Notes: generated by a model from the sequence alone, not told the origin. 53,417 nt of DNA, filler included, from Squatina squatina (GCA_031763465.1; 3 parts of 3 records of this genome joined end to end with filler, not necessarily neighbours in it), one strand, 5' to 3'. Shown: positions 23,312-35,173, counted from the first letter of the whole stretch. Translations and numbers: made by a program.

Positions 23312-24020
23312 NNNNNNNNNNNNNNNNNNNNNNNNNNNNNNNNNNNNNNNNNNNNNNNNNNNNNNNNNNNNNNNNNNNNNNNNNNNNNNNNNNNNNNNNN
23401 NNNNNNNNNNNAGAAGGTCCAAATATTGTGACGGGAAGGTCATCCAGATCTCTCCAGAAGATTGAACAGCCAGTCAATTCAATCTGTCGACAGGAAAGGA
23501 CCCTCTCTGGGCCCATTGGCACACCCTAGGCTGCTCAGATTCCTTCCTGTCTGCAGCTCTTGTCTCCACTCACCCCCCTCTACCGCCCACCCAACTAATT
23601 AGTAGCTTCTCAAGCCCAGCCTAATGAATTATGTTGCAGCATTTAGGATAAATGCTCATTAAAGTGGAGAGGGAAAAAAAAGGTTACTGCTGCTGTCATC
23701 ACCGTCAGCCAATGATAATTCGATACGACCAAACTCTGCTCACATGCAAAAAAGGATGATAAATATTTCATCCCAAATGAATTTTAGATTGAGATTAACT
23801 TGCTCTTGGGAGGAATCAGCTTCCTTAATGTGTCCTGGTTCCAGAAATCAGCAGTAGTTTACAGGCCCCGGCGATTGTTCAACCTCGGCACACCACAGGC
23901 TGTCAGAAGGACAAGACAAANNNNNNNNNNNNNNNNNNNNNNNNNNNNNNNNNNNNNNNNNNNNNNNNNNNNNNNNNNNNNNNNNNNNNNNNNNNNNNNN
24001 NNNNNNNNNNNNNNNNNNNN

Positions 24021-25413
24021 CTGCCAGCTCATTTTTATTCACTTGCGGATCCTTTCATGTACGTACTGGGCAGCTAAGTTTGCATGCGTTTGAGACCTTG
24101 CATTCAGCAAGATGAATGATTTATGAGATGCCAGACAAAATGACCATGAATAAAATAAGGCACTTCTTTCTTTAGACATTTTCCAATCTTAACAATTTGA
24201 CAGAAAAAAAAGGGAAAAAAAAAAGAAAGAAAAAGAGGCTGTTTTGGTCTCCTGTTTTGCTTTGTTCACAACTACCAGGAAATCATTTAATGAAATAAAG
24301 GGTCTCTTTGTTCAGGTTCTGTTTAATACTTGAAAGTATAAAAGACTACATTGTCAAAAATATATTTCTTCTTACCAGCACCCTTGTATAGTAAAAGTAT
24401 CTACTTTTTTGTTCTTTTTGTGGTCTGTTCAATGCACTATGCTTATCTACAATTTCATTACATGTATATAGTAAATAGGCAAGCATGGCTTTACATCCTT
24501 GAGAAAACAAATCTATACAAGGAAGAAAAATAGGATTTAACAATTTGTCCAGTATCGTGACACATAATGCATGGACCTTGTTGTCAAAAGAATTTTAGCA
24601 TCTGATGGATACACTCATTCGTAATACACATTATTACTAATTCAGTCCTCTTTGCATCACCCTTTGTTTCTTGTTCAATTATCTTTCTAACGGCACAAGC
24701 ATTCGTTTAGGAAAATTGTGAACTGGCTGGTTGAGGTCATGAAAGGCTTTGACTTGACATCTATGCCCTTGAGGAGCACAAATGGAATTTTAAAAAATTG
24801 GCCAAATTTTGAACATTGAACTTCATTCAAAACCCCTTCACCGATGACATCACTGACCAAAGGTTCATGCATGATGCATCATCACAACAAAATACATTCA
24901 GGGAACTTGTGACTTCACCATGAGAAAAAAATGTTCTTCAAACTCCCACAGTTACTGCCTTTGTTAATAGCTATTCATAGACATCCATCTCTTGTCTCCT
25001 AGGTGAGGCCTTCTTACCGTTCATTAGGGAGGATCACTAAATGATGATCACTGATGAACAGTGCTGAGGGATGAATTAGACTTTATTGCTTTAGTACTAT
25101 TCAGTGCAGGTTCTAGGACCTCACGATTCACCCAACCAGAAAAACTGAAGCTGGGTAATTTTGTTTTTTTTGTGTGTTGTGTTTTGTTTTCATTGTTAGG
25201 CAGTAAGACGAACGGACAGTGCCTCAGCTCGCTGCACTGAAGACAGGCANNNNNNNNNNNNNNNNNNNNNNNNNNNNNNNNNNNNNNNNNNNNNNNNNNN
25301 NNNNNNNNNNNNNNNNNNNNNNNNNNNNNNNNNNNNNNNNNNNNNNNNNNNNNNNNNNNNNNNNNNNNNNNNNNNNNNNNNNNNNNNNNNNNNNNNNNNN
25401 NNNNNNNNNNNNG
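24021..25413 (-). other. QKI: QKI-5 3'UTR (conserved blocks)
   Basis: Minus-strand blocks tgcctgtcttcagtgcagcgagctgaggcactgtccgttcgtcttac, gcactgaatagtactaaagcaataa, gatgatgcatcatgcatgaacctt and aaagtagatacttttactatacaagggtgctggt match my recollection of the mammalian QKI-5 UTR. Strand and position fit. The distal boundary is uncertain. Confidence 0.75.
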
Positions 25414-25427
25414 TCAGCTGGTGACGA
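25414..25427 (-). CDS. QKI: QKI-5 terminal exon, coding part: (V)VTS*
   Basis: Acceptor ttttcatgttgtcatccag|TC GTC ACC AGC TGA. Phase 1 is compatible with the preceding exon ending CGA G, and it lies immediately upstream of the conserved UTR. Confidence 0.6.
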
Positions 25428-25899
25428 CTGGATGACAACATGAAAAACTAATCACAACTAATAAAACAAGCACTGTAATTCTGACGCACTGATCGACACC
25501 ATCTACAGAGTGCATTCAATCATGACAGCACTGGATCATGATTCGAAGCATGNNNNNNNNNNNNNNNNNNNNNNNNNNNNNNNNNNNNNNNNNNNNNNNN
25601 NNNNNNNNNNNNNNNNNNNNNNNNNNNNATGGAAGAGCTCGAGAAACAGTATTCTTATTAGGAGAATCAGGAGAGGTGCTTGGATCTGCACTGCAATGTC
25701 TGGTGTTCCTCAGTCAGTACGTAGTTGTCAGTACCCGACTGCTATTAAGCATTAGTGTCCTCCCAAGTGCATGCACAAAAAAAAGCAGCTATTAATGATG
25801 GATGTGATTAACTGGTTATTAATAAAGTAGAAATGATTTAAAGAGTTGACAGGACAAATTTAACAAACTATGGGGCAAAACCAAGTTGTTCAATAAAAT

Positions 25900-25905
25900 T
25901 TTATT
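25900..25905 (-). terminator. QKI: Candidate poly(A) signal for the long QKI-6-type 3'UTR
   Basis: AATAAA on the minus strand followed by GU-rich ttggttttg and gtttgtt, about 470 nt before the terminal-exon acceptor. Confidence 0.5.
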
Positions 25906-28169
25906 GCCTTTCAAATCTTCTATTTACAACAATATGAAATTCTTGGCCTCAAAATACAAGCAATTCTAAATTATATGACTAGCAGTGTAGGCTACATCAT
26001 GGGAACTTGGAAGAGGCCAAGTATTTTACTTTATCCAACATATTCCAGTTGAGAGTACTATTGTACACTTATAGGACAGTCTTGTATAAAATGCATTTGC
26101 ATGTAAACACAATAGAAGTCCTGCCGTTTAAAGGTCTACATTTATAAAGCCCTAAAATAGATCCAAAAATAGATGAATTTCTACTTGACACTATAATGCA
26201 CATTTTAAACTACAAACAGCCCTCTTTTTTGAATTTCAATGCTAATACTCTGCAAATACAATAAANNNNNNNNNNNNNNNNNNNNNNNNNNNNNNNNNNN
26301 NNNNNNNNNNNNNNNNNNNNNNNNNNNNNNNNNNNNNNNNNNNNNNNNNNNNNNNNNNNNNNNNNACCACTTTGAAGGTTTTTAGAAATGTGTAGCTTAA
26401 GCAGTGCAGGAATACATGTCAATTTGGCTTTGGATGTCGGAAAAAATTGAAACTGTAGTACAATTGTTAATGTGAAGCCACTCAACCACTGTCTTGTTTT
26501 GTAGATGTGGTAAACTTGTATGCTTTAAATCGATTTTAATGGGAACAAATGCTATTTTTTTCCATTAGTCAGATACGAGCCAAATAAATTAATCACTCTC
26601 CGCATGTGTGCTGCTCGTTTGTGTTCTATGGTTTGGTATGATTCTGCTTTTGGCAATGGAGGTTAAATTACAGTGGTGTAAACCAAAAATGTCAATCATT
26701 GAGTTGGTCACCAAAAGTAGTGGAATAAATGTAACTCTAAATTGTAGTTTTTGATCTGTTTAAGATTCTGTGTATTAACATTAAATGGTGCAAGTATATT
26801 TACAGACTAATAAATCTGAAAATATTTCCTTTGTTTTAAATTTTGAACTCAAGGTGAGCAATATTAATTCTATGGAACAGAACACACTCTTGCTTTTGGC
26901 ACCCATTGTTTGCATTAAGACTTCCCAGAGAAGCTTTAACATAAGTCAGATGTTCAGTCTGCTCTCTCTAGTTTTCCCTAACAGTTGAAGCTTCAACCCA
27001 ATCTTTTATATTTTTTTTTAAAAGCCACCTGTAATACTATTTTCTTTGCAAAAAAATTAAAAATGGAGATGATTACAGTAAAACAAAAGTTCTCAAGTGG
27101 AAAATGATAAGTCACAGCGTTCTGGAACCGTTCTGTTTCTCTTTCTTTCGTTCTCCCATTTGGGATTGGGTCACAATGGTTTATTTAGAAGGCGGCACCT
27201 GGAGACCACAGTCATTTCCATGAAAATGGTAGATGCATTTATTTTCAGCAGAAGTACCTTTTCATTTGTGCACTTGGAGCGGCATCAAATAATTCTAGAT
27301 GTGCCTACAATTCTTTCCACAACAGACGACATATTAGTTTGGATTCTCAGAAGTAAATTATTACAAGCTAGTCTTGGAAGTAACCAGTGACACCTCTGTA
27401 TGGATTTGACTGAAAAACTTCTTCCGTACTGATCGGTTAAAGAAAGCGCTGAGTAAATGCTGTAGCTCATGTCCTCTGGTTTAATTTTTCAGTCCTCTTT
27501 CCATTTGTCTCTCTTAACTAGTTCTGTCTCTTTGCAGTTTTGAAGATTCAGCTTCTGCCTTGAAATTGCAATGTTCCTTTACTATTGTCAGATCATGTAA
27601 TCATTCAGTGGGTAGAGAATGGTTGTTCAAGAAGATCAAATAGACCATGAAACAGGAGGTTTAAAAGCAAGACAACGATCAAATAATGGAAATATGAAAG
27701 AGAATAGAAAATGCTGGCAATGCATAGCAAGTCAGTGGGTCTCAAATTGCTTGCGGACATAATCTGAGTAGTTACGCTTCCCTATCTGCAAAATTCCCAG
27801 CCTGTGTACTCAACAATAGTGACGAGAGTGACTTGAAATTTTTTTCAATTGCTTTATTGCTATTGTTCTACCAAGGCCACAATTCTTGCTTCTTTTCATA
27901 CAACAGACAGACCTTAAAATTTATGCCAAGTTGCTGGATGGGTGAAGATACCGGTCGGGAGAGNNNNNNNNNNNNNNNNNNNNNNNNNNNNNNNNNNNNN
28001 NNNNNNNNNNNNNNNNNNNNNNNNNNNNNNNNNNNNNNNNNNNNNNNNNNNNNNNNNNNNNNNCCCCATAATTTTATACACTTTCCAGCAGATCTCACTG
28101 GATGAGAAGCAGATGCCCAAGTTCATTCTCTCAGGATCCCCCACAACGCATCCCCCACCCCCACCTGAG

Positions 28170-28312
28170 TGGCGCAGTGACCAATTCTAACACCATTGCT
28201 GCTTAGGTGACCTAACTCCGGATGGTACCAGAGGTTGTACCCGCAAGCTTCCTGGCCTGTACGGTTCAGTACCACACCAAGCAGGGCATTAACCCACTGT
28301 GCCGCCATGGAG
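28170..28312 (-). mobile_element. Old tRNA-derived SINE head (UCON3-like by recollection)
   Basis: The reverse complement reads ctccatggcggcacagtgggttaatgccctgcttggtgtggtactgaaccgtacaggccaggaag.., with an A-box-like tggcggcacagtgg and a decayed B box. Confidence 0.45.
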
Positions 28313-29526
28313 TTGGGTGAACATTTTTATTTTAAAATGTGGCTGCACTTCTCTTTTCAAAGCTACATTCCAAAATGTTATATTCTGAAATAAATCGATC
28401 TAATTTACATTTTGATCAAAGCAATACTTCCACCATCTCCCTAAGGAGCCTGTTTCATACATTCACCAGGCGCTCACTGAAATGTTGACGTCAATGGAAA
28501 GTAAAATCAGGTGTATAATGGGCGACTGATCAGATATCACCTGTTTTATGCCATCGACAAAAGTTAAGATACGCCGGTGGGTGTCAATACAAAAGCAGCT
28601 TACAACTAACTTTCACATCTATTTTTGCTTTACTTCAAGTGCTGTTGATTCCTGTTTGTTCAATATTTTTGTTTTAACAGTGAATACTGATGATACAGCC
28701 AGGGAAAGCTGTCTTGGCAGAGTTCCTGAGCCCAGCTACAGCAAAGGAGCTAAATCAGCCGGACCTGTTTGTTACCAATTTAAATCCCTCAAACTGTCAG
28801 GAATGGCGAATGGTCCAAGACTGTTCCCATTATTATAGCATCAGGAGGACAAAGCTATTAAGGACACAGAGAACTGGTAAAGGAATCAACAATAGTGTGA
28901 CATTTAAAGAGATTGTGATAGCGAGACTCCCTCTTGTGGTTTGGTAAAAATAAAATCCCAACTTTTATGGTGAGGCAGGCAATTGATCTTTTGCTTCACC
29001 ATCTCATTAAATCAGGTGTCAGTGCCAGATGTATGCTCTGTTGTAGCAAGGCAGTAACTCTGTGAGTCATGTAACAGAATTTAGGCAATCTAATTACTGC
29101 ACAGCTTTTCCCAAACAGAGGAAATGAAATAAATTATTCAGTGCAAAGTCAAATTTGTGCCATTTCAGCAAGGTAAGGTCGGTGTAATGCTCAATAACAG
29201 CATCCCTTTTGATGGCCTATACATTAGGCTGTATTCATTCACCATGTTATGGACATGGCATCTCATTTATGGACCTCATCCTCCTTAAGGAAAAAATACT
29301 AAATTACAGGATAGAAGAACAGCACATTTGTTCATGTTATGTTAGTGGGCTAAAATAGGAGTGCATTACCCACCGACAGCCATTGCAAGGCCAGGAATTT
29401 GTACTGCATGGAATCAGGCACTGATCCAGCCAACAATATCCAAATACTTTAGCATCCGTTATAATATTTAATACTGTGATGACAATTCTCTCAATGTACC
29501 TGTTAAAAATGGAGGAAGGAGAGAGA

Positions 29527-30457
29527 AGGGAACCATTGAATGCTGCACTGAACCCAGCCAGAGTCAGCACCTTCAGGGGAGGAGAGTGAGGGGAACCAGT
29601 GAGTGTAGAACATGAACCCAGCCAGAGTCAGCTCCTTCAGGGGAGGACAGGGAGGGGAATCAGTGAGTGCAAAACTGAACCCATCCAGAGTCAGCACCTT
29701 CCGGGGAGGAGAGGGTGGGGAACCAGTGAATGTAGAACTGAACCCAGCCAGACTCAGCAACTTCAAGGGAGGAGAGGGAGGGGAACCAGTGAGTGTCGAA
29801 CTGAACCCAGCCAGAGTCAGCTCCTTCAGGGGAGGAGAGGGGAACCAGTGAGTGTAGAACTGAACCCAGCCAGAGTCAGCTCCTTCAGTGGAGGAGAGGG
29901 GAACCATTGAGCATGGAACTCAGCCCAGCCAGAGTCAGCACCTTCAGGGATGGAGAGGGAGGGGAACCAGTGAATGCAGCACTGATCCCAGCCAGAATCA
30001 GCTCCTTCAGGGGAGGACAGGGAGGTGAACCAGTGAGTTTGGAACTGAACCCAGCCAGACTCAGCAACTTCAGGGGAGGAGAGAGAGAGGAAGCAGTGAG
30101 TGCAGAACTGAACCCTTGCCAGAGTCAGCACCTTCAGGGGCGGAGAGGGAGGGGAACCAGTGAGTTTGGAACTGAACCCAGCCAGACTCAGCACCTTCAG
30201 GGGACGAGAGAGAGAGGCGAACCAGTGAGTGTAGAATTGAGCCCAGCCAGAGTCAGCTCCTTCAGGGGAGGAGAGGGGAACCATTGAGCATAGAACTCAG
30301 CCCAGCCAGAGTCAGCACCTTCAGGGATTGAGAGTGAGGGGAACCAGTGAATGCAGCACTGATCCCAGCCAGAATCAGCTCCTTCAGGGGAGGACAGGGA
30401 GGGGAACCAGTGAGTGTAGAACTGAACCCAGCCAGAGTCAGCACCTTCAGGGGCGGA
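29527..30457. repeat. Minisatellite, ~15 units of ~59-65 bp (mode ~63), running into a gap
   Basis: Approximate unit: gggaaccagtgagtgtagaactgaacccagccagagtcagc(a/t)ccttcaggggaggagagggag. Confidence 0.97.
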
Positions 30458-32406
30458 NNNNNNNNNNNNNNNNNNNNNNNNNNNNNNNNNNNNNNNNNNN
30501 NNNNNNNNNNNNNNNNNNNNNNNNNNNNNNNNNNNNNNNNNNNNNNNNNNNNNNNNNCAAAAAATTTGTAAGGATTTTTAAAGGCCACAATATGCTCACA
30601 GAAAACTAAGCACATATATATGATTTTGTCTTTTAAAATATACAGCCGATAAGGGCCAACAAAATGGCTATAATCTCTTTAATCAACCAATACACCTGCT
30701 ACAGATCCTCTGCTCAGTCCAAGGCTTTCAACAGTACACACAGGTTCAGTAACCGTGCAACACAATGTGGAGTATATTCCAATTACTTCAGTCAGTCTGT
30801 CTATCTTGTTATCTGTACCAAATACAATTCTGTAAAGTTACACTGCAGGGTCATTTTCTTAGCCATAAGGAACTATGCACTCATTAACCCATCACCAATC
30901 CTAAATGCTTAGTTAAAAGTAATACATCTAAATCAACTGGAAAATACTTTTTACTGTTGCAAAATGCATGCTTAAGAAACACTTAATCCTATGCAAAGAA
31001 AGAGAACCATCTATCTAAACAACCCAACAGCAGGAATTAAAATAGCCTGTAGAAGACATTATATTGAATACAGAAGTCCCTTAGACCCAATTGGTAGACG
31101 CTGGCTTTAAACAGCAACTGGTCTTGAATAAATTAAGGTCCAAAATGAATGATCGAATACCAAGTAGTAATTTAGGCTTCCAACACAGCATGTAGATGTT
31201 AGATTATCACCTGAATGTGACTACTTAGTGTTACAGATGATAGTAGGGCATCAAAGCATTGGAACAAGGCATGTGAGAGAAAGCTGGCCTTTATTTTGTT
31301 TGTGGCAGGCTCTAGTTTTGCATTGTACTAGGTTTTCCACACCACTGTTTATCCTTCTTCTCCCCATTAAACATAATTTTACATAAAATGTAAAGTGCAC
31401 TTAAAATATAGTACATTTCTNNNNNNNNNNNNNNNNNNNNNNNNNNNNNNNNNNNNNNNNNNNNNNNNNNNNNNNNNNNNNNNNNNNNNNNNNNNNNNNN
31501 NNNNNNNNNNNNNNNNNNNNNNNNNNNNNNNNNNNNNNNNNNNNNNNNNNNNNNNNNNNNNNNNNNNNNNNNNNNNNNNNNNNNNNNNNNNNNNNNNNNN
31601 NNNNNATTAATTAGGTAATAAGTATCTCAACTGTCAAATTTCATGGTGTGTTAGTGAGCCTAAAGTACATTAACTATTTCTTACTAGCTATGTTTTTCCA
31701 CCTGTAGGTCTAAGGGCACACAACTATGGCAACAGTTAGGCTGGGAAAATGAACATTCAGTTTCTTGTTAAGACCTGTTGTGTGAACTACTGGGGGCAAG
31801 AAAACAAGAAGTACTCAGAAATTGCTAACCCTATTCTCATAAGTATAATAGGTCCAATGCAGATTTAAAAACTGCATGGGCCGCTCAACAAGCATCAATA
31901 AAAATCAGGTACAGTATTGTATAAAATTCATTTTCACGTGTAACATTCCACTGAAGATTATAAAGGCACAATTAGGACTTCCTTTCTTTAAGGATTGGTC
32001 CTTTCAGAAGTATAGTTTTAAAAAACCTTTTTGGATTTGAGACTAATTTTTTTTAAATAAATGAATGCATACCCTCCCCTAATATTAAACACACTTTGAC
32101 AGAACACGCACCTCAATGTTCATCAATTTTACCAGGCAGGGAACAGGAACACCAATATTCTCTTTCTCCAGCCAAATATATCTTTCCGTCTAGTGTGAAG
32201 AACTCCCATTCAAAAGTTCTCACAAAGCTTTGCAACAAAAATCTTAAGAGTTGTTGGGCACAGTGGTATTTGGCTGAATAAAAATGGACATAACTGGTCC
32301 TCAGAAATGAGACCATTGGTCAACTCCACCTGATGTGATGTTTCAAAGCAGCACCCTTTCAGTCAACATGTTTAACAAAAAACAATAACTCCAGAACTAA
32401 ACTAAC

Positions 32407-32494
32407 CTCGNNNNNNNNNNTCGGTCTGCGGTCACAACCCTTTGGTAAGGATGGACCCGCATATCGTGCCTTCGAACTTTAGTAGCCACTGCAC
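32407..32494 (-). CDS. QKI: QKI-5-specific exon carrying the nuclear localisation signal
   Basis: aactag|GT GCA GTG GCT ACT AAA GTT CGA AGG CAC.. encodes GAVATKVRRHDMRVHPYQRVVTADR. The donor cgag|gttagt lies beyond a 10-N gap whose flanks overlap by CGA. Confidence 0.93.
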
Positions 32495-33479
32495 CTAGTT
32501 AAATTGCAACATTTCCAACACATGGTTAGAGGAATTTCCTAGGAAGTGATTGGTTAACATATCATTAGCATTTTAACAGCAGATCAAAGGTGGGTTTGCA
32601 TTAGAAATTACTACAAGATATCAGTTAAAAAACAGGTTAAGGCACAGCACCTTCATAACTCGAACTTTTATGCAGAAATTACTAGAGTACAACTGNNNNN
32701 NNNNNNNNNNNNNNNNNNNNNNNNNNNNNNNNNNNNNNNNNNNNNNNNNNNNNNNNNNNNNNNNNNNNNNNNNNNNNNNNNNNNNNNNNNNNNNNTATTT
32801 TGCTTTTGTAATAATGTGGCTGATCAATTGGCCAGAGCTATAAAAGGGGTTCCATGGAAACCACCCACCTCACAGGCTGGCACCAGTGTGACAGACTCCC
32901 CATTACTACTCGCCAGATCCAAAACTAGTTCCTCAACTAGTTCCTCCAGAACCTCCAACAATCTCTACAGTCCACTCTGCTCCGTGCAGCCGAGAAGATA
33001 GGCTCTACCCATTTTACCACCACCAGGGACGGCCACCCCACCTATTGCATTAACTGCTTGATTGGTGACCAAGTCATGCTTAAAAAAAGTTTAAAAAAAG
33101 ATTTTAAAAGTTCTGCAGCAATTGCCTTGATCTACAAAATGCACGCTTAGCTTAGAAGCTGCTAGCTACAATTTGCAATGAATTAGGTGATTTGTAAAGC
33201 AAACACAATATTGGATGAACCCTACACCAAGCAGGCAATGAAATACTCTACATGTGGTTCCTCCGGGATAGATGTGACGAAAATGGTAAGAAGAACACTA
33301 GGCCAGAATTATAATTAATTGACCCAATTGGTGTCCAAATGCGTGCGTGCGTGCACAGACACAATGCTCGTATTTCACTGACAGTCGGGTTGGGCTCATT
33401 TTGTCCATGGCTGCTGTGAAACTAAGCATTTGTTAAAGTTCAGATCTGATGAGGGTTCAGTAACATGGTCCTTGAATTC

Positions 33480-33505
33480 TTAGCCTTTCGTTGGGAAAGC
33501 CATAC
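33480..33505 (-). CDS. QKI: QKI-6-specific terminal exon, coding part GMAFPTKG*
   Basis: cttctttatctttag|GT ATG GCT TTC CCA ACG AAA GGC TAA is identical in peptide to the mammalian QKI-6 tail. Confidence 0.95.
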
Positions 33506-34317
33506 CTAAAGATAAAGAAGGGAATTAGAATTAGTCTGTGGCCTGTTCTTATGCTTTATTTCGAAAAATGTTGGGCAATTGTCATATTAACCCTTTGAGT
33601 ACCAGATGTTCTTTGCAGCATTCAAAACATTGTATAAAGATTTTCCAACATCACCTAGAGAAACATGTTCTGGAAATCATTCACACAGGATATTAAAGGC
33701 AAAACAAGAAGCTTAAAGGGAACCATAGACATTTCTGGAATAGGTGTGATGAAAGGCTGCCAAACTCACCATTTGTAAGGTTAGAGTTTTTGTTTTTGTG
33801 TAGAAATGCCCAGTCCTCAGAGTTAATCTTGGATGACATGGGAACCCTGGGGTATTCTCCAGTTTCTAGGATTTTCTGACAGACTTTGTGTTTCTCAAAT
33901 ACACCCTGCTTAAAGTGGACACTGAAGAGATTTTATTCTATTTGCAGATGTTTTAAATCAATAGTGTGGTGCAGAGCAAGAATGGGCATGTAGCAACAAT
34001 GACAATAAGGTATTTGTCCTTTTAGGCATATATGGATAGAAGATATATATACACATANNNNNNNNNNNNNNNNNNNNNNNNNNNNNNNNNNNNNNNNNNN
34101 NNNNNNNNNNNNNNNNNNNNNNNNNNNNNNNNNNNNNNNNNNNNNNNNNNNNNNNNNNNNNNNNNNNNNNNNNNNNNNNNNNNNNNNNNNNNNNNNNNNN
34201 NNNNNNNNNNNNNNNNNNNNNNNNNNNNNNNNNNNNNNNNNNNNNNNNNNNNNNNNNNNNNNNNNNNNNNNNNNNNNNNNNNNNNNNNNNNNNNNNNNNN
34301 TTTAACAGAATCTTAAA

Positions 34318-34592
34318 TTTTTTTATTCATTCACGGGATACAGGCATCACTAGCAAGGCATTCATTGCCCATCCTTAATTGTCCTTAACTGAATGGCTTG
34401 CTCGGCCATTTCAGAGGAGCTGTTAAGAGTCAACAACATTGCTGTGGGTCTGGAGTCACATGTAGGCCAGACAGGGTAAGGATGACAGATTTCCTTCCCT
34501 AAAAGGACATTAGTGAACCAGAATGGTTTTTACGACAATCTGGTAGTTACATGGTCACTATTACTGATACTGACTTTTTATTCCAGATTTAT
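34318..34592 (-). mobile_element. Chondrichthyan-type SINE in a QKI intron
   Basis: ttttttattcattcacgggat..attgcccatccttaattg..gctgtgggtctggagtcacatgtaggccagac..gatttccttccctaaaaggacattagtgaaccaga has an A-rich 3' end on the minus strand. Recognised as a common shark repeat. Confidence 0.65.
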
Positions 34593-34812
34593 TATGAAAT
34601 GCATTATGAAATTGCAAAGAGTGCTGTAAAGTACATAATATCCTCATCAGTGGCTACACTGTCATTTCAAATGGTTAATTCAAATAGGCTTGTACACTGC
34701 GATCAATTAAAAGTCAAGCTTCAGTAAAATGAAATGAGCCTGAACAGGCTCAAACCGTGAACCAGGATGTTAAACATGTTGTGGAACAGTCACGCTCGAA
34801 AAGGCTCCTTAC

Positions 34813-35073
34813 CTAAAACTCCATTCGGCTCAATGGGATACTCCAGGATGGAAGTAGCTGGTGCCAGTGTGTAAGGATAGTCGTAAGGAGTATAGATTAG
34901 ACCAGCTTCAGGTGCAGAAGGCACTATTGCAGTCGGATGAGGGGACCCATTCGGCATGACTGTTGCTGTTTGAATTTGCCTAATTAGAGGCATAATAGTT
35001 GGACCAGCTGGTGTCGGGGCTCGCAAGGCAGCTGGTGGTAGAACCGACGTGGGCCCTGTAATGATCCGTGGAG
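34813..35073 (-). CDS. QKI: Quaking (KH/STAR RNA-binding protein), last common exon (exon 6), 5'-truncated by the spacer
   Basis: [67 protein letters not shown]|gtaagg. Confidence 0.96.
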
Positions 35074-35173
35074 NNNNNNNNNNNNNNNNNNNNNNNNNNN
35101 NNNNNNNNNNNNNNNNNTTAATTAATTAANNNNNNNNNNNNNNNNNNNNNNNNNNNNNNNNNNNNNNNNNNNN
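35074..35173. other. Artificial assembly spacer N44-TTAATTAATTAA-N44
   Basis: Exactly 100 bp, with the linker at 35118-35129. Confidence 0.95.

Noticed and set aside
24687-24930. Weak hAT-transposase-like peptides on the + strand (QAFV, NFIQNPF)
   Set aside because: Many stop codons, and the region is better explained as QKI-5 3'UTR on the minus strand.
25446-25462. ACTAAY Quaking response elements near QKI splice sites (also 32395-32406), suggesting autoregulation
   Set aside because: They are on the + strand, antisense to the QKI pre-mRNA. The 32401 instance is just the complement of the donor gttagt.
29503-30615. ORFs with 21-aa repeats on both strands, and a possible CRISPR-like look
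   Set aside because: These are by-products of a 63-bp minisatellite. Shorter units shift the frame, there are no unique spacers, and the context is eukaryotic.
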